A stretch of 64,000 nucleotides of DNA from Octopus sinensis (GCF_006345805.1 NC_043006.1:41230001-41294000), one strand, 5' to 3'. Counted from the stretch's first letter, positions 1-14,276 are shown. Notes: generated from the letters alone by a model not told the origin. Translations and numbers: made by a program.

Positions 1-354
1 CTGTGAAGAAGCCTGTTATATAATATTATATATATACGTATATATATAATATAATATCATATATATATATAAATGGCGGTGCCCCAGCATGGCCACAGCC
101 CGTGAGCTGAAATTAGAATCAATCAATCAATCAGATCTATATATATATATATGTATTATATTATAATATTATATGTATAGTATATATAATATAATATTAT
201 ATATATATGTATATATAATATAATATTATATATATATGTATTATAATATAATATTATTATATATGTATATATAATATTATATATATATATGTATGTATTA
301 TATATATAATATTATATATATATGTATATATATATTATATTATATATATGTATA

Positions 355-385
<31 letters not shown>

Positions 386-494
386 GTATATATATGAATA
401 TTTATATGTATATATATATGTGTATATATATATGTATGTATGTATATTTACATATATGCATATATGTATATATACATTTATATATATATACATA

Positions 495-571
<77 letters not shown>

Positions 572-879
572 GTTAGTGTGTATTTGTGCGCGTGTCCGAG
601 TGTGTCTTCACTCGTTGCTTGAAAATCGGTGTTGGTTTGTTCACGTCCTCCTAGCCTAGCAGTTTAGCAAAAGAGACCAATAGAATAAGCGCCAGATTTG
701 AAAAAAAATATAGGTACTCTTCTTGACGGTGCCCCAGTATCGCAGCATTTCAGTGACTGAAACAAGTACGAGATAAAGGTTAAAAAAGGACGCGATAAAG
801 GTTACACGAGGGCAGCCTATCGAATAGGATCCAACTGTTAAATACTTGCTTCTCGATTGCGATCTGATGCCTTGATGTA

Positions 880-1170
880 ATCTCGCTGTGGATATAATTC
901 GCTCGTAGGATGTGTTTCAACTTTTGACAGTGCGTTGTGTTTGTTGCCATATTGCTGTCGGATTTAATATTCTGTAGGCTGTGATTTTATCCGTTCGAGT
1001 TAATCATTCTCTACATGTGATCTTCGTGTCAAATATAACTCATTTGTTTAATGTGTATTTTCCAGATAGATGTGACCTACCTATGCGATGGAAGTGCTCT
1101 GTTGCGTGTGATCTGTCGGCTTAGTGGGTTTTGATACATTGTTTCATGCTGAAATTTTTGGCTTCAAAAC
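880..1170 (-). mobile_element. Possible highly decayed RTE-like fragment
   Basis: KITAYRILNPTAIWQ resembles the RTE KxxxYxxxxxPxxxYG region; only this one motif supports it. Confidence 0.3.
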
Positions 1171-1307
1171 TGTTTAACCTTTAGTAATATTTGTATTCCT
1201 TTGTTTTTGTCTATTGTTAAATAACAGTTGAATAACTAGCACACAGTGTGGACTAGTATGAGCATCTCTCTCTCTCTCTCTATCTACATTCAAATAAATA
1301 CGTATAT

Positions 1308-1354
<47 letters not shown>

Positions 1355-1628
1355 TATATATACATACAAATATGTATGTATGTATATATATATATTATAA
1401 TCATGTACATGATCAAATGTACAGGTGTACACATGTATATTTGATCACGCACACACACACACATCCATGACACAAATATATATGTATAGTTGTGTACTTT
1501 GTGTATATATATATGCATATATATATATACACATATATATATATAGAATGTGTGTGCATATATATATACATGCAAATACACATTACTAAGCGTAAGTATA
1601 TATGTATGTTTTTGTCTATCTATCTATG

Positions 1629-1717
<89 letters not shown>

Positions 1718-1770
1718 AACTGTCTGTTTCTCTGCATGTCACTCTCATTATGTGTATGTGTGTGCATATG

Positions 1771-1802
<32 letters not shown>

Positions 1803-2394
1803 AGTATGTGTGTGTGTGTGCGTGTGCGTGCATATAATTTTGATCTGTTTTTGGTCTGTTTTCGCTAGCAAGCATAAAAGTACTCGGTACGAACCAATGC
1901 TGGAAGCATATTGAGGCTGGTATATATTTATTTATGTGTGATGCAACTATAGCAAAAATAAAGCCAGTTTTATATGCAATTTAGGGTTAAAGCAGTGATT
2001 TTGCTATACGTTCTTATTTTCCTGATAAATTTAATCAGATAACATTTTCTCTAAACGAAGATAGCTTCAGTGTGTTATCAGTAAAATATTAGTTTTTTTG
2101 TTGCTGATAATAATATCAAAGCTTCCTAGGATTACATCAGAGTTTAACCCTTTAATGTTTCAAGATCAGAGATTGAGGGAAGTAGATAAAATCGTTTGAA
2201 TTTACACAGTATAGAACAAACTGAAACGTGCCACTGGAACATCGCAAATAATTGGCACTTATGGAAAACTTCGAAGGCTGAAATATTAGGGATAATGTTT
2301 TCATCAAGTTATTATTTCGTCAAACAAAAGCAATGATTTTATGCATAAAACCTCGCAAAGAACACCAACAAGCACATACATACAAAATTTAACA

Positions 2395-2437
<43 letters not shown>

Positions 2438-2622
2438 GTGTGTGTGTTTGTGTGTGTATGTATAACATATATATATGTATAATATATATTTACATATATT
2501 CTATATATATATATATAAAATGTATATAACATACATGTATATATATGATATATACACATATAATATATATATACATATATATACATATATATTATATATA
2601 CATAAATAATTATACATTATTA

Positions 2623-2663
<41 letters not shown>

Positions 2664-3234
2664 CAAAATATATATAATACATATATTATATATATATGTA
2701 TAATATATATATAATATATATTTACATGTATGATATATGTATATATATATATATAAGTATATATATATAGTATATATAGATACATATCTATGGTGTGTAT
2801 ATATGTGTGTACACACACATTTATATTTATAAACACACACACATACATACAATTACATGCAATCTCAAAATATAGACATGTATTTGTTTATATACACAGA
2901 GATGTAAACACATTTGAAGATAAAAGTATAATTAATGTGTATGACTATGTTACTTGTATGCATACCAGGAAACTTTTCACATGAAATGAACTCATGTAAG
3001 TAAGAAAACGTAAATTGCCTGAACTAAATCAGCTTCTCAATGGATTTGGGGTGAGTCAGAAAACTATGAAAATTAATTATAGTCGTATTCGTTTTACACA
3101 TTGGTATAACTCTGAATGTGGGTCTTCTTTAGTCTCTTCGGTGACCAATAATCGAGTTGCCTTCAAAGAACTTGTCCGAGGTGGAATTATTGGAGTTGAG
3201 GAGCAATCAATTACTATATTTCCAAAAGAAATTG

Positions 3235-3535
3235 TCTGTTCCTTCTCGAACCATCCCTGGCTCATAAGGGCCAGTTTCTCGGTTTCCTTGGCGTATAGGT
3301 TCCTCACCTGGTCGGGACACCAGTCCGTCGCAGGTGAGCTGCAAGATGCAGGAGGAAAGAGTGAGAGAAAGTTGCGGCGAAAGAGTCAGCAGAAGTTCGC
3401 CATTACCTTCTGCAGGAGCCGCGTGGAGCTTAGGTGTTTCGCTCATAAACACACATATTACCCGGTCTGAGATTCGAACCCGCGATTCCTCGACCGCCAG
3501 TCCGCTGCTCTAACCACTAGGCCATGTGCCTCCAC
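3235..3535 (-). mobile_element. tRNA-derived SINE family C, tail type 1
   Basis: Head GGAGGCACATGGCCTAGTGGTTAGAGC...GGTTCGAATC; 3' part CCTGCGACGGACTGGTGTCCCGACCAGG (V/Meta-domain-like, from recollection). Confidence 0.8.
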
Positions 3536-3734
3536 ACTCCAAAAGAAATAGGAGAAGGAATTCAACTACTTGGCATGTTTTCTCCATCCTAACAACATCA
3601 GCGATATTTGCAGCTTCAAGGTTTGGTAATAGTTTTTTTTTTTCTGCTCTAGGCACATCGCTGGAAATTTTGGGGGAGGGGGCCAGTCGATTAGATCGAT
3701 CCCAGTAGGCAACTGGTACTTAATTTATCGACCC

Positions 3735-4130
3735 TGATAAATTTTTGATGGGAGTGGTTAGCCATCCTGTCCGAGACCTTATCGTAGCTCCTACCCCGTG
3801 GAGATCAGGACCGTACCAAACTCCAAGGAAGTTAATCAGTGAATCTATCCAGCACATCATGATGACATAGGCTTACCTCTTTAAGTGCCGAACGGAAAGA
3901 CCACTGACTTATCCATGTTGGTCTTTTACTCTTGTGATTCTCTAGCTTTCACCTAGAACTATAACCTACTCCATTTCCACGAGATTCCACACCATTACTG
4001 CAACTTTCTCCGCATACGACGACATGGTCTTCTCAAGTCACAACTCGTAGAGGACGCCTCTCAACATCTCAGCATTAGTCTGACCATCTGTACATAAAAG
4101 GGATGATAGAAGGGACCCAAACGAACCGGC
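3735..4130 (-). mobile_element. L1/Tx1-type RT fragment, decayed, lying inside a SINE
   Basis: SSYAEKVAVMV (YADD-like), KTNMDKSV...GT*RGKPM and INFLGVWYGPDL follow the order of L1/Tx1 RT subdomains. Confidence 0.65.
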
Positions 4131-5152
4131 ACGATTCAAAGAGTTTTCGGAATATAGTCATTTGGTGGATCCAGTTCTCAACAAATAGTTATTTTGTCGC
4201 CAGATTTTGAACTCAGAACGTAAATGATAATGATAGGAAATGAAGAAGAAAATGAAGTGGAAGATGAAAAGAAGTGAAGAGGAGGATGAAGAGTAGTAGA
4301 AGAGAACGAAGAAAAAAGCAGAATGAGAAGAAGCTGAAAGAGGAGGAGAAGACATATCCTAATACAGAATATGGACATTAAGTCTTTAGACGCATGTGAG
4401 AATAACGATTCTTTTCATTCGTAAAACATGTCTACAAAAGAAACACATATATACACATACACTCACAAAAGCACATGCACATGCACACACACACTCACAC
4501 ATACACACGACACACAGTGCACACAAAGCTTAGTGAAAAGAAAATATCTCCAAAACTGCAACAGGTAACAATACTGTTTGGTTTAAGCTTTATCTAAGAC
4601 ATAGATTAAACAAGCAATAAGAACAGAATTATAACACAATTCTTTCAAAAAAAAAAAAAAAAAAGAAAGAAAACGAAGATAAGAAGACAAAAAAAACATG
4701 ACTTGCATCATAGGAAATTGTGTTTGAAATGCTAGGTTGCACAGCTCTGTTAATCAATTTGATATTGACAGATTATCGACAAGAAAAGACAGCGAAATAT
4801 CTCACCAGAGCAGTAGTATTTAGTTAAAAATAAATAAATAAAAAAATAAAATAAAAAATAATAAACTAGAAAAAATCATGACTTACCCCGATTCGATGTA
4901 TTGAAAAGGTTTAGTCATTCAAAGGACTGGATATTGTCTCGAGGATATATAATATAACTTATCTATCACCTTTTATCAAAGATTAGCTTTCATCTCACTA
5001 ACGTTCCGTATAGATAGTGGTTCATAACACAAACACACACACACACACGTACCCACCACACATCTATTTATATATAATGCACATGAGATATATAATACAT
5101 ATATAGTATATATATATATATATGATATGATACAATATAATATAATATAATA

Positions 5153-5189
<37 letters not shown>

Positions 5190-6181
5190 TATATATTATT
5201 TAATCGAAAACCGGTGATTGTCGTACGCGTGATGACGGGTCAAGACCCAGAAAACTGCACTCCGTGCGTATCACTTAGGTTGACGCGGGAAGGATGACCT
5301 CCCTTTGCAAATACTGATAGAGCACAGGAAGTGTGCCTAGAGCCAGGATGGAGGAGATGTTCTCCTGGGGCTACAAGCTACAGTAACACCCACCCTTAGT
5401 GGTTAGCCATATTGAGATGGCAAATATACCTCAAATATATATACATACATATATATATATACACAGGACCCCTTACTCTTCAAAACGATGGCCGCTAAGT
5501 TTCTCATTGAGCTTCGGGAAAAATCAAAAGCTACCGGAAGCAAGTTTTGGACCTTAGGGAGGATGAAGGACAGTTCTGATACCAATTTCTGTCAATCGGT
5601 TGATTAACAGGGTATTCGTCGCTGAGCACCTTGAGAATAATCTCTGCACAAATTTTTACTCACGTTAAGTTCTTCATGGATAATTCTGTGTACAATTGCC
5701 ACACTAAACTGTAATGTTTATTGTCTTTATAAACACATGACGGTCTCCATGCAGAAAAATGCAAATTTTCTCGATCGAGTTTGATATTCTGACAAACTCT
5801 CTCCCTTCCACACAACTCATCATCTGTCACCTTCTCTCTACCATCCTTGACTCTCCTGTGCCAATAGAATAGTTAATGTATATTAATGTAGAGCATTGCA
5901 TAAATTTCTGCAGTGTTTTTGCCCAGTTTAATACAAAGTTTTATTACAAAGTGAGCTTCGAAATGTCCCGACTGTATTCTGCAAGCTAATCAGCTGTGAT
6001 AAGCAGTATCCAGTAAGGGGTTTTCAAAGCGCTGTTACAGATGTCGCCTTCAATTTTCAGTGACAAAAACTGGCAGGTCAGCTTGTTTGATGAATAGTAA
6101 TGATATTCTAAAATTACAAAAATCTAGGACAGTTATAACTGTTTCTCCTAAACGAAGTCTTAAAACGTCAGGAATACACCT

Positions 6182-6650
6182 CCTACATACATACATACAT
6201 ACTACATACATACATACATACATACATACATACATACATACATACATACATACATACATACTACATACATACATACATACATACATAACATACATACATA
6301 CATACATACATACATACATACATACATACATACATACATACATACATACATACATACAGACATACATACATACATACATACATACATACAACATACATAC
6401 ATAATACACATACATACATACATACATCATACACATACATACATACATACATTACATAATACATACATACATACATACATACATACATACCATACATACA
6501 TACATACATACATACATACATACATACATACATACATAACATACATACATACATACATACATACATACATACATACATAACACATACAACATACATACAA
6601 CATACATACATACATACATCATACATACATAATACATACATACATATCTA
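6182..6650. repeat. (TACA)n microsatellite, representative of many
   Basis: Direct reading. Similar (TA)n, (TATC)n, (TG)n, (GA)n and (AAT)n tracts occur throughout, e.g. 130-570, 1620-1715, 23550-23905, 59020-59370 and 60440-61360. Confidence 0.99.
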
Positions 6651-6654
6651 TATA

Positions 6655-6955
6655 TATCACGGACTCTCCTGTCGTTAGACGGCGTATGAGGGTCGGCAAT
6701 TTTTTCCGAACAACAATTCAGATGATTTGTTTATTGTGATCAATTGTTTGTGTACACATAAGCTCATTCTCTCCATCAAATCGACATTACCTGCACAGGT
6801 GCACCGTGTGCCACATGTCCGTTGATGGAATGATCGTTAGAGCAACGTGAAATGAAGTGGTTTGCTCAAGAACACAATGCAACGCCCGGTCTGGAAATCG
6901 AACCCACGATCTCGCAAGCGAGATTGGAACGCCCTAACCACTGAGCCATACGCCT
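6655..6955 (-). mobile_element. tRNA-derived SINE family D
   Basis: Head GGCGTATGGCTCAGTGGTTAGG...GGTTCGATT, then GTGTTCTTGAGCAAA...CACTTCATTTCACG; a second copy lies at 45284-45430 (+). Confidence 0.8.
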
Positions 6956-7016
6956 ATATATATATATATTATATATAATATAGATATATATTATATATAT
7001 ATATGTAAATATATCC

Positions 7017-7048
<32 letters not shown>

Positions 7049-7191
7049 ACCACACCACACATAATATATATATATAATATAAATATAATTAATCAATATA
7101 GGGTGGCAAAAAAAATTTTGTAGAATTTTTTGCCACCAGCGGCCTAGTGGGAAAAAATTAAATAGTCATAGACCATTTTTAAGTTCAACAT

Positions 7192-7426
7192 CAACAATCA
7201 AGGAACGGCCATATAGGCCATTCACCCACTAGAAATAACAGCCAAAGCTTCAACCGCAAATAAAAGTCAATTCCGTAAACAACACAGAAAATTTAAAAAA
7301 CATTTACAGGGTAAAATGTTTTTTAAATTTTCTCCTGTTTACGGAATTGACTTTTATTTGCGGTTGAAGCTTTGGCTGTTATTTCTAGTGGGTGAATGGC
7401 CTATTATGGCCGTTCCTTGATTGTTG
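7192..7426. repeat. Near-perfect 235-bp foldback palindrome
   Basis: ~115-bp arms with the centre CATTTAC-AGG-GTAAAATG at ~7301-7318. Confidence 0.95.
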
Positions 7427-8574
7427 GTATATATATAAATATATATGATAAATAATCTCCATTCTAATCAATTTATGAATACATGGTGTGATCATATCGG
7501 TTGACCAGAGTAAAGATTATTTATCTTTAAAATAAAACAATTCCATTAATAATTATCTTCTATTTCGTTTACAAATTTCTGTTTAAAATTGTGTGATATT
7601 GCTATACACTCTTTCAGACTCTGCTATCTCTTTTATCCGAAGGAGAATATATTCCGTTGTTCAATATAAACAGAAAATGGTGGTTAATTTATTTGACGCT
7701 TTCAATGCGAGCAATGTTAACCAGCGAAGTTGAGAGATAAAATATTGGATACGGATTTAAATCCAGAAGTGCTTCAGAATCTGATTATGTAGACGAGTAT
7801 TTCAAAAAGAATGTCGTTGCCTAGTTGTCTAGAAAGTGGAAAAGAGCTAATGTATTTATTTTTGCAGATTTATGTATGCACTGCAACATGCTTTGAATTT
7901 TGTTCGGTAAATATATGAAGTTCGAAGGGAAACGGACAATGATCGTAACTCAGTTGAACTCTGCTCTCTCATTAATACGACTCTTCCACGAGAAGAAACA
8001 ATTGATGAGGACGAATAAATAGAATGAGTTACTTGTTTAATGAACAACAGTCTGTGAGACCAGTTGGATGAATGGATGATCTCTACAAACAATGTCCGTT
8101 ACATTATTTGAGATGTTGAAGCAATGTCCAATATAATACTAAGCTTTGGAATTCTATTCCATCTTGTTCTTCTCTCGAAACACAAGAAAATGTGCATACG
8201 TTCCATCTTAATTTATTAAATGTCATTCACCGGATAATTATCATTGAATTTCAATTCGTTTTTCTGTATATTTAACACCGAAACAGTTATATTATTCATT
8301 TCCGTTCTAGTAGTATTAGCAAAAGAAGTACCAATATAAATGTTATAAGTAGTCAAGTATTTCTTAAAACTTATTTAAATTTCAAACGAAAATTTTCTGT
8401 CCATATTGTGCAATCTTTCTGAACTATTTTCCTTCGTTTTAAACAAAATAAATATAAGTTTTTATTTGAACCATTCCACATAAATTCTTGCGGCATACAT
8501 TTCATTAATTACACTAATAATGGTGTTTTGGGATTCATTAGTTTAATAGTCTTTGATGATGCAATCCACAACAA

Positions 8575-9745
8575 TACAATATTGGTTTCCAAATTTTGCA
8601 CAAGGCCGGCATGTTCGGGGAAGGAGATAAATCGATTACATTGACTCTAGTGTTCAATTGGTACTTATTTTATTGACGCTGAAAGGGGCCAAAGGCAAAG
8701 TCGACCTCAGTGAAATTTGAAATCAGGATGTGAAGACGGACGAAATGTCGCTAAACATTTTGCCTGGTGTGTCAACCATTTTTACCAGCTCGCCGCCTTA
8801 GAATAATACACTATTATTTTCTACTCTAGGCACAAGGCCCGACATTTTGGGGGAGGGGGCCAGTCGATTAGATCGACCCAGTACGCAACTAGTACTTAAT
8901 TTATCGATCCCGATGGATGAAAGGCAAAGTCGACCACGGTGGAATTCGAACTCGGAACGTAAAGACAGACGAAATACCTATTTCTTTACTACCCACAAGG
9001 AGCTAAACACAGAGAGGACAAACAAGGACAGACAAACGGATCAAGTCGATTATATCGACCCCAGTGCGTAACTGGTACTTATTTAATCGACCCCGAAAGG
9101 ATGAAATGCAAAGTCGACCACGGCGGAATTTAAACTCGGCAGACGAAATACTACTAAGCATTTCGTCCGGCGTGTAAACGTTTCTGCCAGCCCGCCGCCT
9201 TTAAATATACTTTTCTACTCTAGACACTCGGCACGAAATTTTGGGAGAGGGGGCCACTCGATTAGATAGACCCATTACGCAACTGGTATTTAATTTATCG
9301 ACCCCGAAAGGATGAAAGGCAAAGTTGACCTCGGCGGAATTTGAACTCAGAACATAAAAACAGACGAAATAGCGCTCAGCATTTCGCCTGGCTGCAGGCC
9401 GCCTGCAGGACAATACAATATTGAAGGCTACCTCTTTAGTAAAGAGCAGGAATTTATTAAACGACCCATTGATTACTATTAGATTATACCTATTTAAATA
9501 ACAAAATGGAGTAACAAAACCGTTAAAAGAAATAGTAATATGAAGCAAGCTGCAAAAATAGTGATTTCAAATGTTGGTACAGGGCCAGTAATTTTAGGGG
9601 TGGGGATAAATCGGTTACATTGATCCCAGTATTCAACTCAAAGGGAACAAAGGCAAAGTCCACCTCGGTGGAATTTCGACACAGAACGTGAAGACGGACG
9701 AATGCTGCTAAGCATTTTGTCGGGCATGTTAACGATTCTAACCAA
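8575..9745 (-). mobile_element. Cluster of ~5 co-oriented SINE family B copies (tRNA head, Nin/Deu-like core)
   Basis: Repeated reverse complement of GGCGGCGAGCTGGCAG...GAGTTCAAATTCC...GCCTTTCATCCTTTCGGGGTCGATAAA...GTACCAG. The core-domain name is from recollection. Confidence 0.85.
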
Positions 9746-10127
9746 GCTACAAAAATGCTAAGTGTTTCTACGTTTAGAGAAAATTAAAAATCAATTTAAA
9801 AAATGTAAAAGTAAAAGTATGCCTCCAGTGTGCAGAACTGAGAACCTTGTTTCTTTCCCGTTTGTAATTATTTCACTTCACTTATATGTAATTATTTCAC
9901 TTCACATATATGTCCCTGACACTTTCTCTGGAACTCAATGCATCGATAAATACTACTGATTGTAATATATATAACAGAATGCTCGATGTGTGATTAGGTA
10001 TTTCACTCGTGTGTGAAATAAATAATTAGTTTACTAGTTATTTTAAGTTCTCCAGCAGACATAATCAATGAATAAATCCCAGTGACATCATCAGCGGAAA
10101 GAATGGAAGGAATCAGAACGTATTCTG

Positions 10128-10158
<31 letters not shown>

Positions 10159-11317
10159 ACACACACACGTACATACACATACACTCACATACGTACATAC
10201 AAACATACATACATACATACATACATACATACATACATACATACATACATACACATACATACATACATACATACGTGAATGCATATATATATACATAGTG
10301 GACACTTACAGGTAGGATCAGCGAAAAGTACTCAATCCAGCGTGAGATAAATATCATTTGATGATTACATGAGAGGTATGTGACCTACTTCAAGTTTCAT
10401 GATCGTACAGTGCAGTAATCAGATGGTCACGCATAGCACAACATGCACAGACTGGCGAGCGTTTCGGATCAAATGATATGGCTACTTCTTAAGGAAGTAT
10501 GAGAAAAAAAAACGAGAAAATTACGGGACAAAATGAGAAAACGTTAGGGGAAAGAGGATATACATTATGTTCCATTAATCTCTCGTTTTCAATCTAGACG
10601 ACGCCCCACTCACGGTTTAAAGCACTTGAACCGTACCAACAGTCTACGTCCACTAGGCATACTTCTTTTTTGGATATAAACACTCAACATTAACAATAAT
10701 TGAACCCTTCTCTTTTATTTGCATCCAAGTTACTTATACTGCTATCAACCACCGCGATACTAAAGGCATTACTTAACTATCCATGCTCTCAATATGCCTG
10801 TCGTCTGATATGTGGTTATTGTAAGCTCATCAGCATCTCGACGTATAAAAAGAATTTAACTCAACTTACAGGCCAGTTGCCCTTGACTTCATATAATAGA
10901 AGCGTTTATCATTTTATAATGGAATCGATTTCATTCAACGCCAGTTTAAAATCATTAGCCACCTCATTCTAATCACTTTTTTTAATGAATAAACTAGTTA
11001 CAAATCAAAGCAACTAACTTGCACAAATTTTAACATGAGCTAATTGAATATTTTATTGTCTCAACTAATGTAATTTAATTGTGGAAAGCAATTCAACATC
11101 CATAACAACAAAATGGTTTTTTCATCTTTTCCGTTTCGATGCTTTTTATTAATATAATGTCCTTTATTTCATGGCTTAATACACCGGAAGGTTATTTTGT
11201 TTTTAAACTAGCAATAAAACTAATTTAATTTAAATTTGATGAAAAGCGAATGTCATGGTACTGATGTAGCAATACATTCATTTATAGGGTGTGTTAATAT
11301 TGCGTGTAATATTCTAC

Positions 11318-11910
11318 TCTACTCTAGGCACAAGGCCTGAAATTTGTGGGGAGAGGCTTGTCGTTTACATCGACCCCAGTGTTCAACTGGTACTAATTTT
11401 ATCGATCCCTAAAAGATGAATGACAAAGTAGACCTCGGCAGAATTTGACCTCGGAACGTAAAGACGGAAGAAACGTCTTTTCTACTCTCGGTACAAGGCC
11501 CGAAAGTTTTTGGAGAGGGACCAGTCGATTAGAACGACCCCAGTACGCAACTGGTACTTAATTGATCGACCCCGAATGGATAAAAGGCAAAGTCGACCTC
11601 GGCGGAATTTGAACTCAGAGCGTACAGACAGACGAAATACCGCTAAGCATTTCGCCCGGCGTGCTAACGTTTCTTATTTATTTATTGTCCACAAGGGGCT
11701 AAACATAAAGGGGACGAACAAGGACAGACAAAGGGATTAAGTCGATTACATCGACTCCAGTGCGTCACTGGTACTTAATTTATCGGCCCCGAAAGGATGA
11801 AAGACAAAGTAGACCTCGGCGACATTTGACCTCAGAGCATAAAGACAGATGAAATGTTATTAAGCATTATTTGCTCGGGGTGCTAACAATTCTGCCAGCT
11901 CGCCGCCTTG
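11318..11910 (-). mobile_element. Cluster of 3 co-oriented SINE family B copies, one with an alternative tail
   Basis: Monomers at ~11318-11475, 11478-11672 and 11673-11909. Confidence 0.87.
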
Positions 11911-12076
11911 ATATTACAAGTGATATTAATATAAAAGTTTCAAGAAAAAATTAAGTTTGAATTCAAGCTTTAGTTCATAAAATATTTCTCTCTCTACGTG
12001 TGATATGTCAAGATAATTGCGTTGCGTCATGCGTTTCTCATCCATTCTTCTACTTCTTTCTACTTCTTCCTGTTAT

Positions 12077-12112
<36 letters not shown>

Positions 12113-12270
12113 TGTGTGTGTGTTTTTTAATAGTAAGATTATTTTTGTAGCTGACATCGAATGTAGTTCATAATAACTTTTCATGTTATGAATAGCATAA
12201 CGATACCAAGGTGAACTTAAATAGACGAACGGCTTTACTACGGATTAATTCGATTGTCCACACAAAACGC

Positions 12271-12360
<90 letters not shown>

Positions 12361-12574
12361 ACATGCATGCATACGTACACATACATAGGTATCAATTCAA
12401 ATACCTACGTGTATATATACATATATACATATAAATATATATATTTATATATATATACATATATATACATGTATTTATATACATATACATATAATATATA
12501 TATAATATATATATACATATAATATATATATATATAATATATATATACATATATATACATATATATATAAACAC

Positions 12575-12609
<35 letters not shown>

Positions 12610-12674
12610 CATACATACATGTATATATGTATATATATATATAATATATATATATATAATATATATATATATGT

Positions 12675-12805
12675 TACTTCCCAACAACATGGTTCTGAGT
12701 TCAGTCCCACTGCGTGGTACCTTGAGCAGGTGTCTTCACCTATAGACTCAGGTTGACCAAGCCTTGTGAGTGGATTTGGTAGACGGAAACTGAAAGAAGC
12801 TTGCC

Positions 12806-12840
<35 letters not shown>

Positions 12841-13115
12841 TGTATGTATGTATGTATGTATGTATGTATGTATGTATGTATGCATGTATGTATGCATGCA
12901 TGTATGTATCTGTGTGTGTGTGTGTATGTGACTGTGTTTGTTCCCTCACCATCGCTTAATAAGCGATGCTGGTATGTTTACGTCTCGGCACAAGGGACCG
13001 ATAGAATAAGTTGTAGGCTTACAAAGAATAAGTTCTGGGGGCGGCGATTTGTTCGACTAAAGGCGGTGGTCCAGCATGGCCGCAGTCAAATGACTGAAAC
13101 AAATAAAAGAATAAA
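12675..13115 (+). mobile_element. tRNA-derived SINE family A (internal microsatellite), 5'-truncated
   Basis: B-box-like GAGTTCAGTCCC, body GTGAGTGGATTTGGTAGACGGAAACTGAAAGAAG, internal (TATG)n, tail GGCGGTGGTCCAGCATGGCCGCAGTCAAATGACTGAAAC. Confidence 0.88.
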
Positions 13116-13139
13116 ACAATAATATATATATATATATAT

Positions 13140-13206
<67 letters not shown>

Positions 13207-14276
13207 ATATACACACATTCACGCCACGCTTATATGTTTCTATAGGAATATCGGTATTACATCTATCTAGAGTTATTGATCTCATGATATGGATGCAACA
13301 TTATAGATCTGCGAGAAATGCAATTTCCTGTTTTTCTTTCTGATTTTATTTGTATCATTTTACAGAAGTATATTCATCAATGGAACGCTATAATGACAGC
13401 AAAGGGTTACTTGGCATGAGTTAGGCGTTCGATTAAATATGGAGGCAGAATTTTTTTCGCACACTGCAATCCAATGACATCTCGCATACGAACAAATATA
13501 CCATTTAGCACTGCACTATAATATCCTTATTTTTGGCGTTGGTGAAATCCCTTTCAGCGTCTTCATATTTAATGCGTGAATTCACACAGTGTTTACTCAT
13601 TTTGCAGCATTCTGCTCTTTATAATTGATTATTTAATTCATTTAAATTTGTTTTTCCCTTTCTTTTTACTTCATTTATTTATTACAATATTATAAATGTT
13701 CCAATAACAACTCTGTTGGTATTTCAAGTGTAGTAAGTGAAGCAAAGCCAAGCAATTTAAAGATTCATATCTTCCACTAACGCTTGAATCTCTCTCTTTT
13801 TCTTTCTCTCCTTTCCAAGGGAGCCCAGGCAAAAAACATGTGCAAAAAAAGCAATGCGTATGGATTTACTCCTCATATATATATATATTATATATATATA
13901 TTATATATATATATTATATATATATATATATATATACATGTATATATATTTATGTATATGTATGTATAGATATATGTATATATACAAATATGCATGTATA
14001 TATTTATATAAGTAATTATGTATACATATATATAGGTAAATATAAACGTATATATATATTATATATTATATTATATATATATTATATATATATATATATA
14101 TACATATATATATGTATATGCATATATATTTTTATATATATATGTATATATATATACATATATTTATATATATATGTATATGCATATATATGTATATATA
14201 CATATATACATATATGTTTATATATATATACATTTATATATACATATACTTATATATATATATATATATATATATA

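Noticed and set aside
7850-8030. Frame ending VRRETDNDRNSVELCSLINTTLPREETIDEDE* as a receptor C-terminus
   Set aside because: An in-frame stop lies just upstream and there is no transmembrane-coding region or clean splice model.
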